A stretch of 64,000 nucleotides of DNA from contig CAYNSX010000004.1 in the NCBI GenBank assembly GCA_964400165.1, positions 5,380 to 69,379 of the forward strand, read 5' to 3'. Positions 1 to 9,102 of this stretch are shown one piece after another. Under the pieces are notes generated by a model, which had not been told where the DNA came from, did not search any database, and saw nothing but the letters and a program-made list of their open reading frames with translations. The number at the start of each line of letters is the position of its first letter. The stretch's first letter is position 1. A program made the translations under genes and the position numbers. The DNA comes from an uncultured bacterium (GTDB lineage: Bacteria > Armatimonadota > Hebobacteria > CAYNSX01).

Positions 1-2585
1 GCCAACTCGGGCCGCCCGCCGCCGCCGCCGCCCGCCACTGCCGCGACGCCGCGGATGAGGGTGCCGGCGTGGACGCCGCGCTTGACCAGGTCGGGCGACA
101 CGCCGCTGGCGAAGAGGACGCTGCCGTCGGTGACGCTCGCCAGCACCACGACCCCCGACCCGACCGCGCGGGTCAGTTCGTCGGCGACCATGCGCAGCGC
201 CTCGGCGCTGACGGACGGCACCCGCCCCGCCACGACGCGCACGCCGTTCACTTGCGCGGCGTTGTCAATCAGACCCCGTGCCGCCAGCGCCGCCGCCTTC
301 GCTTCGGCGGCGAGCGCGGCGCGCTCGCTTTCGGTCAGTTGCGCTTGCAGATGCGCGACGCGTTCCGGCACTTCCTCCGGTGGCGCAGCCAGCTGCGCGG
401 CCACCAATCGCTCACGGCCCGCTCGCGCAAGTTGATAGCGCACCGCGGCGAGTCCGGTCAGCGCCTCGACGCGCCGCAGGCCGGAGCCGATGCCGCTCTC
501 GCCGGTGAAAACGAACTCGCCGATCTGGCCGCTGGCGGTGCAGTGCGTGCCGCCGCAGAGTTCCTTCGAGACCCCACCGACGGCAATCATCCGCACCGTG
601 TCGCCGTACTTCTCGCCGAAGAGCGCCATCGCGCCCTTGGCGATGGCCTCGCGGTAGGGCAGCAAAGTCACGGTGACCGGATGGTCGGCGATGATTTGCT
701 CGCTGATCATCAGCGTGAGTTCGTCGAGTTCGTCGGGCGTCACGCCGTGGAAGTGCGAGAAGTCGAAGCGCAGCCGGTCGTTGTCCACCAGCGAGCCCGC
801 CTGCGCGACATGTACGCCGAGCTTCGTGCGCAGCGCCCAGTGCAGCAGGTGCGTCGCCGTGTGCGCGCGCATCAGCCCGCGCCGCCGGTCGGCGTCGACG
901 ACCGCTCGCGTGTCCTGCCCAACGCGGAGGGTGCCGGTTTCAATCTTGGCGCGGTGGACGGTCACACCATCGAGTGGGTGCTGCGTATCGGTGACCTTTG
1001 CGATCACCCCATCCGCCTGCAACACGCCGGTGTCGCCAATCTGGCCGCCCGACTCGCCGTAGTACGGCGAGTGGTCGAGGACGACCTCGACTTCCTCGCC
1101 CGCAGTCGCCTCCTGAACCGCCGCGCCCTCCTTTAGCAAACCGATGACTTTGCCGGCGCCTTCGGTCGCGTCGTAGCCGAGGAACTCCGTCTTGCCAACG
1201 AAGGGCGCGTAAGTCTTGGCGTCCGCGTACTTGAAGACCTTGGCGGCGTGCGCCTTCGCCCGCTGCCGCTGTTCTTGCATCGCCGCCTCGAATCCGGGCC
1301 GGTCCGGCGTCAATCCCCGCTCTTCAACGATTTCTTGCGTCAGTTCGACCGGGAAGCCGTAGGTGTCGTACAACTGAAACACAACCGCGCCTGGAAACAC
1401 GCTTTGCTTCGTCGCGCTAACTTCTGCGATGCTCTTTTCCAACAACTGCGTGCCCTGATCGAGCGTGCTCTGGAAGCGTTTCTCTTCTTCATGCAGCAGG
1501 CGCTCGGCGAACTCGCGGCGCTCACGCACATTCTGGTAATCCGCGAAGCCGCCGTAGTGCTCCGCAATCACTGCCGGATAGCGGTGCAGGAACGGCTCCT
1601 TGATGCCCAGCAGCGTGCCGAAGCGATAGGCGCGGCGAATGAGGCGCCGCAACGCATAGCCGCGGCCCTCGTTGGTCGGGATAACGCCATCGGCGAGCAG
1701 GAAAGTGACCGCTCGGGCGTGGTCGGCGATGACGCGGAACGCCCGCCGCGCCTTCGGGTCTACATCCACATCGGCGCTCGACTTCGCCGCCTTCAGCAGA
1801 TCACGCGTGAGGTCGTTGATCGGCGCGAAGAGGTCGGTGTCGAACACGCTCGGCACCCGCTGCATCACCAGCGCCAGCCGCTCCAAGCCCATGCCGGTGT
1901 CGATGCCGCGGCGCGCAAGCGGATTGTCCACGCCGTCGGGGTCGCGGTCGAACTGCGGGAAGACCAGATTCCAGAACTCGAAGAACCGCCCGCACGGCGA
2001 CCCGTCGGGCCGGGTGTTCTCGCACTCCGGCTTGCAGTCGGGCTTCCCGCAGCCGAATTCCGGCCCCAGGTCATAGTTGATTTCCGAACACGGCCCGCAC
2101 GGCCCCGTTGCGCCCACCGGCCCCCACCAATTGCTCTCGACCTTCACGATGCGCTCGGCGCGGATGCTGGTCAGCGTCATCCAGAGTTTCGCCGCCTCGT
2201 CGTCGCTCGGGTGGATGGTCACCCAGAACGGCGCCGGGTCGATGCGCATCCGCTCGACGAGGAACTCCCAAGCGAACTCGATGGCCTCGCGCTTGAAATA
2301 GTCGCCGAACGAGAAGTTGCCCAGCATCTCGAAGAACGACAGGTGGCGCGGCGTCAGGCCGACTGTCTCCAGGTCACCCGCCCGGGCGCACTTCTGCACG
2401 GTGGTCAGCCGCGGGGCGGGCGGGTCGGCGTCGCCCTTCCAAAAGGGGACGAACTGCTGCATGCCGGCGCTGGTGAAGAGCGTCGTCGGGTCGCTCGGAA
2501 TCAGCGACGAGCCGGGGCGCCGGAGATGGCCTTTCTCCTCAAAGAAGGCGAGGAAGATGTCGCGCAGTTCGTGGCCGGTTGGCAT
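1..2585 (-). CDS. alaS: alanine--tRNA ligase, partial (C-terminal end beyond window start)
   Basis: Minus-strand translation from the ATG at ~2583-2585 reads MPTGHELRDIFLAFFEEKGHLRRPGSSLIPSDPTTLFTSAGMQQFVP..., the canonical AlaRS N-terminus. The frame stays open to position 1 and ends in a Gly-rich C-Ala-like tail. It is absent from the ORF track because no stop codon lies inside the window. Confidence 0.9.
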   Translation of the reverse strand, partial: MPTGHELRDIFLAFFEEKGHLRRPGSSLIPSDPTTLFTSAGMQQFVPFWKGDADPPAPRLTTVQKCARAGDLETVGLTPRHLSFFEMLGNFSFGDYFKREAIEFAWEFLVERMRIDPAPFWVTIHPSDDEAAKLWMTLTSIRAERIVKVESNWWGPVGATGPCGPCSEINYDLGPEFGCGKPDCKPECENTRPDGSPCGRFFEFWNLVFPQFDRDPDGVDNPLARRGIDTGMGLERLALVMQRVPSVFDTDLFAPINDLTRDLLKAAKSSADVDVDPKARRAFRVIADHARAVTFLLADGVIPTNEGRGYALRRLIRRAYRFGTLLGIKEPFLHRYPAVIAEHYGGFADYQNVRERREFAERLLHEEEKRFQSTLDQGTQLLEKSIAEVSATKQSVFPGAVVFQLYDTYGFPVELTQEIVEERGLTPDRPGFEAAMQEQRQRAKAHAAKVFKYADAKTYAPFVGKTEFLGYDATEGAGKVIGLLKEGAAVQEATAGEEVEVVLDHSPYYGESGGQIGDTGVLQADGVIAKVTDTQHPLDGVTVHRAKIETGTLRVGQDTRAVVDADRRRGLMRAHTATHLLHWALRTKLGVHVAQAGSLVDNDRLRFDFSHFHGVTPDELDELTLMISEQIIADHPVTVTLLPYREAIAKGAMALFGEKYGDTVRMIAVGGVSKELCGGTHCTASGQIGEFVFTGESGIGSGLRRVEALTGLAAVRYQLARAGRERLVAAQLAAPPEEVPERVAHLQAQLTESERAALAAEAKAAALAARGLIDNAAQVNGVRVVAGRVPSVSAEALRMVADELTRAVGSGVVVLASVTDGSVLFASGVSPDLVKRGVHAGTLIRGVAAVAGGGGGGRPEL

Positions 2586-2648
2586 GATAGGGTGTCGTGT
2601 GCCCGCGCCATCTTACCGCGAACGCCGCCAAGCGTTCCTCTTCGCCTT

Positions 2649-2662
2649 CCCCGCGCGCGGGG
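2649..2662. promoter_or_regulatory. perfect 14-bp palindrome CCCCGCGCGCGGGG in the alaS/EamA divergent intergenic region
   Basis: Seen directly in the sequence, about 70 nt upstream of the alaS start. In E. coli, AlaRS autoregulates by binding a palindrome at its own promoter; an analogous role here is only an inference. Confidence 0.25.
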
Positions 2663-2851
2663 AGGGACGGAGGGTGGGGTTCGTGAATCGCCTCCGCCGA
2701 TGCGTCCGAATGAAATCGGCGTGAGTCGGCTGTTTCGCGCCGCGGCCGTTTCGCGCCCGGGGCTAAACCTTTCGGCTTCGCTCAAGACAAGCCCCCGGGC
2801 TCACGACCCCGAGCACACAGCGGGGCTTAAGCCCCGCCGGGTTTCGCCGTC

Positions 2852-3790
2852 ATGAGCCCGGCCGTTCAGGGCCGGGCGTCGTCGCGCCGGGCCTACGCCT
2901 CCCTCTGGATCGCCACGCTCGTCTGGGGCGCGTCGTTCCCGGTGGCGCGGTATTTGTTGCAGCCCGGCGCCGACGGGCAGGCGGCGATCTCGCCGTTGGT
3001 GCTCGCCGCGCTGCGGTTCAGCATCGCGTCGGCGCTGATGCTGATCCCGGCGGCGCGGGCGCTGCGGCGCACGCCGCTCGGCCGCGCCGACTGGTGGCAC
3101 TTGGTGCTGCTCGGGCAGGTCGGCGTCTCGATCTATTTCTGGCTGCAATATGTCGGCGTCCAGAAGACGAATGCGGGCATCTCGTCCATCGTCATCCTCG
3201 GGCTGATTCCCGTCTTCACAGCGGTCGCCGCCTGGCTGCTGCGCTACGAGCGGTTTTCGTGGATGCAGGTCGTCGCGCTCGGCATCGGCATCGGCGGCGT
3301 CTGGGTGCTGGGGCAATCGCAGAACGGCGCGGTCGCTTGGCGCGGCAACGACATGACCATCGGCCTCGTCGCGCTCGTCGCCAACGCGGCCTGCTTCGCC
3401 ATCTATGCGCTGCTGGCGCGGCGGCTGGTGCAACGCGTGCCGACGCTGACGGTGACCGCGGTGTCGATGACGAGCGGCGCGCTGGCGCTGCTGTTGGTCA
3501 CGCTCGCCAACCCCGGCGCGTGGAACGCCGTCGCGCGCTTGCACACCGGACACTGGCTGGCGGTGTTCTATCTGGCGCTGGTCTGTTCGGTGGCGGCGTA
3601 TTACCTCTTCAACTTCGCGCTCACCGTCGTGCCCGCGAGCCGCGCCGCGTTCCTGGCGCTGTTCGAGCCGGTGGTCGCCGTCGCGCTCGGCTCGGCCTTC
3701 CTCGGCGAGCGGCTGACGCTGCTGATGCTAGGCGGCGCGGCGCTGATTGCGCTCTCGGTGGCGTTGGTGCTAAGGCGGGGAAGTGCGTAG
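2852..3790 (+). CDS. EamA/DMT-family drug/metabolite transporter
   Basis: 312 aa with about 10 predicted TM helices and two EamA-like halves (..LWIATLVWGASFPVARYLL.. / ..AVFYLALVCSVAAYYLFNFAL..). It is the track ORF in the correct frame. Confidence 0.7.
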   Translation: MSPAVQGRASSRRAYASLWIATLVWGASFPVARYLLQPGADGQAAISPLVLAALRFSIASALMLIPAARALRRTPLGRADWWHLVLLGQVGVSIYFWLQYVGVQKTNAGISSIVILGLIPVFTAVAAWLLRYERFSWMQVVALGIGIGGVWVLGQSQNGAVAWRGNDMTIGLVALVANAACFAIYALLARRLVQRVPTLTVTAVSMTSGALALLLVTLANPGAWNAVARLHTGHWLAVFYLALVCSVAAYYLFNFALTVVPASRAAFLALFEPVVAVALGSAFLGERLTLLMLGGAALIALSVALVLRRGSA

Positions 3791-3798
3791 CGCCCTCT

Positions 3799-3819
3799 CC
3801 CGGCCCTATAAGGGCCGGG
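3799..3819 (+). terminator. GC hairpin CCCGGCCC-tataa-GGGCCGGG immediately after the EamA stop
   Basis: 8-bp perfect stem with a 5-nt loop, 9 nt after the TAG at 3788-3790. No U-tract follows, which is common in high-GC genomes. Confidence 0.45.
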
Positions 3820-3928
3820 CTCACAAAGCCCGCCCCATGAATGGGACGAACAAATCAATCGTAGGGGGCCGGCGCTACCGAAAATCGTCGCCGCAAGAAT
3901 GCGGCTCCTACAAGAATCCCTCTTTCCT

Positions 3929-3958
3929 CGTTTCCTTGTGACCTGCCGCTGTCTGCTA
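3929..3958 (+). promoter_or_regulatory. candidate sigma70-type promoter for secG (TTGTGA -N15- TATACT)
   Basis: The -10 TATACT ends about 13 nt before the secG ATG at 3972; the -35-like TTGTGA lies 15 nt upstream. Spacing is slightly short, so confidence is low. Confidence 0.3.
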
Positions 3959-3971
3959 TACTTTTGCTCCC

Positions 3972-4220
3972 ATGTGGTTCCTCCAGACCATCCAAGTGCT
4001 CATCTCGCTGTTGCTGATCTTTCTCATTCTGGCGCAGACGACGCGCGCCGAGGGCGGCGGCGGGCTGCTGGGCATGGGCACCATCGGCGGCCAGGCCCGC
4101 GCCGCGTTCAAGACCCGCTCCGGCTTCGAGGAGCACATCGGGCGCATCACGGCCTGGGTGGCGTCGGTGTGGCTTGTCGTCTCGGCGATCCTCTCGGTCC
4201 TCTTCCTCGCCCGCGGGTAG
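3972..4220 (+). CDS. secG: preprotein translocase subunit SecG
   Basis: 82 aa: MWFLQTIQVLISLLLIFLILAQTTRAEGGGGLLGMGTIGGQARAAFKTRSGFEEHIGRITAWVASVWLVVSAILSVLFLARG. Two TM helices flank a Gly-rich loop, the SecG signature. Confidence 0.8.
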   Translation: MWFLQTIQVLISLLLIFLILAQTTRAEGGGGLLGMGTIGGQARAAFKTRSGFEEHIGRITAWVASVWLVVSAILSVLFLARG

Positions 4221-4240
4221 CGCGCGGCGCGCTGCCTCAT

Positions 4241-4249
4241 TGGTACAAT
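4241..4249 (+). promoter_or_regulatory. extended -10 element TGGTACAAT upstream of tRNA-Leu
   Basis: TGnTACAAT matches the extended -10 consensus TGnTATAAT and ends about 10 nt before the tRNA 5' end. The same 12-mer TTGGTACAATCC recurs at 59760-59771. Confidence 0.4.
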
Positions 4250-4259
4250 CCCCACGCCT

Positions 4260-4345
4260 GCCCAGGTGGCGAAATGGTAGACGCGCTAGCTTGAGGGGCT
4301 AGTGGGCGCAAGCCCGTGGGAGTTCAAATCTCCCCCTGGGCACCA
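4260..4345 (+). tRNA. tRNA-Leu (anticodon GAG)
   Basis: Folded by hand: acceptor GCCCAGG/CCTGGGC, D arm GCGA-AATGGTAG-ACGC, anticodon stem CTAGC/GCTAG with loop TTGAGGG (anticodon GAG), a long variable arm GGGCGCAAGCCCGT as expected for type II tRNA-Leu, T arm GGGAG-TTCAAAT-CTCCC, discriminator A, then an encoded CCA. Confidence 0.85.
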
Positions 4346-4357
4346 GCACTGACCAGT

Positions 4358-4451
4358 GACCAGGAAGGCGGGGAGGCGGTGACCAGTGTGTCATGACGAC
4401 GCGTGATTGCGCCGTTCCTGCTTCCCTGCCTCCCCGCCTCCCCGGTTCCTG
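4358..4451. repeat. family-A palindromic repeat element (GACCAGGAAGGCGGGGAGGCGG ... CCGCCTCCCCGGTTCCTG hairpin)
   Basis: Inverted-repeat arms of about 22-30 nt flank a ~35-nt loop. Closely related copies sit at 14498-14570 and 16245-16312, and a half copy at 5905-5948. Confidence 0.5.
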
Positions 4452-4606
4452 TCGTTATGGAATAACCCTCCAATCCCCGTGCGCGCCGAACGGGCCGCCA
4501 AGGAGGGGTTCTGTGACCGACGCGCCGCACACACGCCGATTCCGATGCGGAGGGGCGAGACTGTGAAACGCTCGCTCACCTTCTCGCCGCCGGTCATTCA
4601 TCCCGC

Positions 4607-5812
4607 ATGACGCCGGACGACGGACAACCGAGCGGCGTGTCCGAGGGATTCGGCGCCGCACCGTCCAATGCCGCAACCGCGCGAGCGCGTTCTGCCGCAG
4701 CGCGCGGAACCGTGCGGACCGACAGCGCGGCCGCGCTCGACTCCGACACGGTGTGGCTCCTCTACCAGGCCGCGAAGTCGCTGGGCGGCACCTTCGAATT
4801 GGAACGCATCAGTGAACTCGCCGGCGCATTGCTCAATCACGCCGCGTCGGGCACGCTCACCACGATCTTTCTGCTGAACCCGGCGCGCAACATAGCGCTG
4901 GCGCCGCTGTGCACCGTCCCGGCGCGCGCCGCCACGACCTCGCCGGTGCCTTTGAGCCGCGGCGACCTCGATGCGCTGGTGGCGCTCGGCGCCCCGCTGC
5001 TGCTGCGCGGCGCCGAGGACGACCGCGCGTTCGAGTTCCTGTTCCGCGGCACCGCCTTCCGGCCGCCGGCGCTGCTCGTCCCGCTGTATGCGGACGCGTC
5101 GCTCGTCGGCGTGGCGTTGGTGGCCCTAGCCCCCGGCCACGCGGCGGTGAACGGCGAGCGCCGCGCGATCATCTCCGCGCTGGCGCGCAACATCGGCATC
5201 GCGGTGCAGAACAGTTCGTTCGTGAAGAACCTGGAAGATTTGTACCTGGGCACCATCCGCGCGCTCTCCAGCGCGCTGGGGCACGAGGATGACTATGCGC
5301 GCGGCCACGCCGACCGCGTCGCGGGCTATTGCCAGGAACTGTGTGACCGGCTGGGCGTGCCGGAAGTCGAGCGCAAGGCGCTGCTCGCCGCCGCCCACCT
5401 CGCCCAGATTGGCAAGGCGAAACTGCCCGAGTCGATCCGCCACAAGCGCGGCGGGCTGACCACCGAAGAGGTGCAGCAAGTGCGGCAGTACCCCGTCATC
5501 GGCGCCGAGTTCGTCGGCGACCTGGCGCTGCCCTGGGATGTGCAGGCGCTGGTGCGGCATCACCACGAACACTACGACGGCGGCGGCTATCCCGACCGGC
5601 TGGTGGGGGCTGCCATCCCGCGCGGCTCACGCATTCTCGGCATCGTAGACGCCTATTGCGCGATGGTGGCCGACCGCCCCTATCGCGTCCGGCTGACCCG
5701 CGCCGAGGCGATGGCGGAACTCCTCCGGCAGCGCGGCGCGCAGTTCGACCCCGTCATCGTCGATGTCTTCTGCCAATTGCTGGACGAAGAAGTCGCCCCG
5801 CCCCCCGCGTAG
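4607..5812 (+). CDS. GAF-domain HD-GYP phosphodiesterase (cyclic-di-GMP signalling)
   Basis: The C-terminal half carries the HD-GYP core ..RGHADRVAGYCQEL..HLAQIGKAKLPESI..HHHEHYDGGGYPDRL..IVDAYCAMVADRPYR. The N-terminal ~200 aa are GAF-like. Confidence 0.75.
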   Translation: MTPDDGQPSGVSEGFGAAPSNAATARARSAAARGTVRTDSAAALDSDTVWLLYQAAKSLGGTFELERISELAGALLNHAASGTLTTIFLLNPARNIALAPLCTVPARAATTSPVPLSRGDLDALVALGAPLLLRGAEDDRAFEFLFRGTAFRPPALLVPLYADASLVGVALVALAPGHAAVNGERRAIISALARNIGIAVQNSSFVKNLEDLYLGTIRALSSALGHEDDYARGHADRVAGYCQELCDRLGVPEVERKALLAAAHLAQIGKAKLPESIRHKRGGLTTEEVQQVRQYPVIGAEFVGDLALPWDVQALVRHHHEHYDGGGYPDRLVGAAIPRGSRILGIVDAYCAMVADRPYRVRLTRAEAMAELLRQRGAQFDPVIVDVFCQLLDEEVAPPPA

Positions 5813-5904
5813 TCCTCTGACGCTCCGCCAATCCACCTCACCCCGCCCTTCGGGCATCCCTCCCCGTCTCACGGAGAGGGGCCAGAGATGAAATCGTTCG
5901 GTTG

Positions 5905-5948
5905 TCCTCCTCCCCGCCTTCCTGCCTCCCTGCCTCCCCCGTTCCCCA
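5905..5948. repeat. half copy (C/T-rich arm only) of the family-A repeat
   Basis: CCTCCTCCCCGCCTTCCTGCCTCCCTGCCTCCCCCGTTCCCC matches the right arm of the 4.4 kb, 14.5 kb and 16.3 kb copies. No matching G-rich left arm lies nearby. Confidence 0.35.
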
Positions 5949-6098
5949 AGGTGTGGGGCCGCGGCCGTCACCGCCCCGTGACACGCCGCGGCCCACGATG
6001 CAATTTGTCAGTGCTCTCCGCCGGCCGGACCCGCGGATCGCTGCATGCGCGGGGGAGGAAAGCCGCCGCGGGCCGGCCGAGCAGAGAGATCACACTGG

Positions 6099-6126
6099 GC
6101 TCCGGTGGAGAGCGGTCCACCGGAGC
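6099..6126. terminator. 11-bp perfect hairpin GCTCCGGTGGA-gagcgg-TCCACCGGAGC between convergent genes
   Basis: It lies between the HD-GYP gene (+, ends 5812) and the sigma-54-type regulator (-, ends 6211). It is a candidate bidirectional terminator; no U-tract follows. Confidence 0.4.
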
Positions 6127-6210
6127 CGCCCAGGAGGAGTGAGGGAGAGGCCGAGGGGACATGCGGCTGCATGCCGACCCCCGGCGTGGAGTACTGGCCG
6201 GGACGGGAGC

Positions 6211-7449
6211 TCATGGCTCCGCGATCCCGGTGGAGTAGGCAAGTGACTCTTGTTCTGGAGGGACTGCCAATCGCCGTTCGATGAGGGCGTGCACCAATTC
6301 GTCGGGGACTTCGCCGTTCTCGGACAGGAGCAGCGCGCGCCGCATACAGGTCTCGAGTTCGCGCAAGTTGCCCGGCCAGTCGTAGCGCTCCAGCCGCGCC
6401 AGCACCGGCGGCGTCAGGTGCGGCACCGGTCGGTGCAGCGCCCGGGCGTGCAGCGCGAGGAAATGGCCGGCCAGGTGGGCGATATCTTCCACCCGCTCAC
6501 GCAGCGCCGGCAAGTGAAGCGCGACGCACCCCAGCCGCGCCGCCAGCCGCGGCGGGAAGTCGCGCAGCGTGCGCAGATCGCGCGTCGCGGTGGCGATGAC
6601 ACGCACATCGACGCGCGTCCCGCTGCCCGCGCCGACCGCGTGCACGCGCCCCTCCATCACCAGCCGCTCCAGGCGCACCAGCAAATCGTCCTGCGCCTGG
6701 TGCACGCGCCGCACCACCAGCGTGCCCAAGTCGGCCTGCAACGCCGCGCCCACTCGCTCCACCGCCCCGGCGATCGGTTCGCCCAGCAGTCCGAAGAGAA
6801 GTGCGGTCGGGTCGCTGCCGTTCCCGTTCGTGCAACTCGCCACCATCAGCGGCCCGCGGGACCGCAAACTCTTCTGATGCAGCGCCTGCGCCCAGACCAG
6901 TTTCCCGGTTCCGTGCTCGCCGAACAGCGCGACGGGCAGGTCTGAAGTGGCGAGCGCCTGCAAGGCCCGGAAGTATTCGCGCAATTGCGGGTGCGTCCCG
7001 ACCATCCCCTCGACCCGGCCCACGGCGCCGCTGTCGGGGCTGGCGTTGCGCTGCCGCGCCCGCTGCAGCGCATCGCGGAACGCCGACAGCACAAACGGAT
7101 TGGGCACCACCGCATCCGCCCCCCACGACAGCCCCTCCGACGCCCGCCCGAACACCAAACTGTCCGCCAGCAGCACCAGCACCGGCGTCGGCACCCTTGC
7201 CTTGATGCGGCTGCACAGCGACCGGGCCTCTTCGGCATTGGCGAGAAACGGCGCCACCACCAAGTCGGGCGCCGGCAGTGGCCAGGACTGCTCGTCCATC
7301 TGTGCCGCCACCGCCGTCCGATAGCCCTCTTCGGACAGGATGGTGGCGACCAGCGACGCCACCGCCTGCTCGATGCCGACCACCAGCGCGACCCGGGCCT
7401 CCGGGTGGAGTCCCGCCCGCGCGTCATCCGCTCGCCATCCGTTCGCCAC
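6211..7449 (-). CDS. sigma-54-interaction (AAA+ bEBP) domain protein with a receiver-like N-terminus; atypical (degenerate GAFTGA, no C-terminal HTH)
   Basis: Walker A FGEHGTGK is present, and the Walker B / arginine-finger region aligns with NtrC-type activators. The position of GAFTGA reads GEPIAGAV, and the C-terminus (..DWPGNLRELETCMRRALLL..) lacks a Fis-type HTH. Confidence 0.55.
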   Translation of the reverse strand: MANGWRADDARAGLHPEARVALVVGIEQAVASLVATILSEEGYRTAVAAQMDEQSWPLPAPDLVVAPFLANAEEARSLCSRIKARVPTPVLVLLADSLVFGRASEGLSWGADAVVPNPFVLSAFRDALQRARQRNASPDSGAVGRVEGMVGTHPQLREYFRALQALATSDLPVALFGEHGTGKLVWAQALHQKSLRSRGPLMVASCTNGNGSDPTALLFGLLGEPIAGAVERVGAALQADLGTLVVRRVHQAQDDLLVRLERLVMEGRVHAVGAGSGTRVDVRVIATATRDLRTLRDFPPRLAARLGCVALHLPALRERVEDIAHLAGHFLALHARALHRPVPHLTPPVLARLERYDWPGNLRELETCMRRALLLSENGEVPDELVHALIERRLAVPPEQESLAYSTGIAEP

Positions 7450-7745
7450 GGCTTCTCCATCAACCTGAAAAGCAAAACGCCCGCCGTGGTCCGAAGACCA
7501 CAGGCAGGCGTCGAGACCTGCACACTATTGTTGGGCCGGGTCGGCCCGATCAGGGTGCTCTAGTTCTCCATCGGTGTGCGGGGCGGCGACACGCCATGCC
7601 ATCCTGCAACATGCGTGTCACCCGCAGACCACACCAGCGGCTTTTTCCCCATCCGATGCACATTTTGAGAGGGGGTTTCTCCCGGCTGCGCTAGAATGGG
7701 AAAACAGGGCGACAGCCCGCCCCATACTGCCCTGTGCAATCCCAC

Positions 7746-8591
7746 ATGGCCACCGAGACGGACACCGTGACCACCGACCTGGCGCGCCTGGCCTCGACTG
7801 CCCGGCAGCTGCGCCGCGACATCATCCGGTGCACCACCGCCGCCGGCTCCGGGCATCCGAGCAGTTCGCTCTCGATGGTGGAACTGCTGACGGCGCTGTA
7901 CTTCGGCGGCGTGATGCGCTACGACCCGCACAACCCCCTCTGGCCCGACCGCGACCGCTTCATCCTCTCGAAAGGGCACGGCTGCCCGGGCTTGTACTCG
8001 GCGCTGGCCGAGGCGGGCTACTTCCCGCGCGAGTGGCTGCTGAAACTGCGCGACATCGACTGGCCGCTCGAAGGCCACCCGAAGCGCCACCCGGAACTCG
8101 GCATCGAAGCGGCGACCGGCTCGCTCGGGCAGGGCCTGTCGATCGCCATCGGGCACGCCCTCGCCTGCCGGCTCGACGGACGCGACGCGCGCGTCTACTG
8201 CATGCTCGGCGACGGCGAGTGTCAGGAGGGCCAAGTGTGGGAAGCGGCGATGGCGGCGACGCACTTCCACCTCGACTCGCTGACCGCCATCGTGGACCAC
8301 AACAAGTATCAGCAGACCGGCGCCGTCTTCACCACGATGGACTACCGCCCCTTCGCCGAGAAATGGCGTGCCTTCGGCTGGCACACCGACGAGATTGACG
8401 GCCACGACCAGCAAGAAGTGCTCGACGCCTTCGAGCGCGCCCGCGGCGTCTCCGGCCACCCGCAGGTCATCATCGCCCACACCATCAAGGGCAAAGGTGT
8501 GTCGCTGATGGAAACTGATTTCACTTGGCATGGAAGAGCATTGAGCGCGGAGCAGGCAGAGGTAGCATTGAAGGAAATCGGAGAAGACTGA
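7746..8591 (+). CDS. tkt: transketolase, N-terminal (TPP pyrophosphate-binding) subunit of a split transketolase
   Basis: ..CTTAAGSGHPSSSLSMVELLTALYFGGVMRYDPHNPLWPDRDRFILSKGHGCPGLYSALAEAGYF.. is the transketolase N-terminal section. It starts at the ATG 12 nt inside the track ORF (which begins at a GTG). Confidence 0.85.
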   Translation: MATETDTVTTDLARLASTARQLRRDIIRCTTAAGSGHPSSSLSMVELLTALYFGGVMRYDPHNPLWPDRDRFILSKGHGCPGLYSALAEAGYFPREWLLKLRDIDWPLEGHPKRHPELGIEAATGSLGQGLSIAIGHALACRLDGRDARVYCMLGDGECQEGQVWEAAMAATHFHLDSLTAIVDHNKYQQTGAVFTTMDYRPFAEKWRAFGWHTDEIDGHDQQEVLDAFERARGVSGHPQVIIAHTIKGKGVSLMETDFTWHGRALSAEQAEVALKEIGED

Positions 8592-8596
8592 ACTTG

Positions 8597-8626
8597 CAGG
8601 AAACAAGGAAACAAGGAAACGAGGGT
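8597..8626. repeat. left inverted repeat (GGAAACAAGGAAACAAGGAAACGAGG) flanking the four-helix-bundle gene
   Basis: Its reverse complement, CCTCGTTTCCTCGTTTCCTCG, recurs at 9103-9131 as an imperfect inverted repeat. Confidence 0.5.
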
Positions 8627-8638
8627 CGGCTGACCTTC

Positions 8639-9094
8639 GTGGACGAGGCCTTGCCGGGTTTCAAGAATCTGGTGGCCTGGCAGAGAGCAAGGCGTCTGGC
8701 CGCCCTGGTTGACGAGTTTGCGAAGGGATTTCCCCGCTTGGAAGGAGTTCTACGATCGCAGATGCGGCGCACCGCGATTTCAGTCGGCGCCAACATTGCC
8801 GAGGGTTACTGTCGCGGCGCGATCGGCGATTACATCCGCTACTGCGAAATCGCGCGCGGGTCTCTCGGCGAGCTCGGGAATCACCTCGCGCACGCGGAAG
8901 ACATCGGACTCGCGACACAGTGTCCGTGGTATCCCAAACTGCTCGACGCCTATAGCGAGACACTCGCGGTCCTCAACGGTTTAGTCGCCGCGCTGAAGCG
9001 TAAGAGAGATACCGGGGAATGGGATCGGTCCTTCGCCGTGCGTGAATTCGCCGCGCCGTACATCGGCACCCAAATCGAGGAATCATCGTCATGA
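8639..9094 (+). CDS. four-helix-bundle protein (TIGR02436-like, 23S rRNA intervening-sequence protein family)
   Basis: ..NLVAWQRARRLAALVDEFAKGFPRLEGVLRSQMRRTAISVGANIAEGYCRGAIGDYIRYCEIARGSLGELGNHLAHAE.. matches the conserved core of this family. The start is taken as the in-frame GTG just after the tkt-N stop; it is uncertain. Confidence 0.6.
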   Translation: MDEALPGFKNLVAWQRARRLAALVDEFAKGFPRLEGVLRSQMRRTAISVGANIAEGYCRGAIGDYIRYCEIARGSLGELGNHLAHAEDIGLATQCPWYPKLLDAYSETLAVLNGLVAALKRKRDTGEWDRSFAVREFAAPYIGTQIEESSS

Positions 9095-9102
9095 ACTCGA
9101 CC

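Noticed and set aside
1248-2855. 535-aa plus-strand ORF (and 69..1136, 355 aa) overlapping alaS
   Set aside because: It is antisense to a clearly homologous AlaRS frame. The composition is Arg/Ala/Gly-rich and low-complexity, as expected for spurious open frames in about 70% GC DNA.
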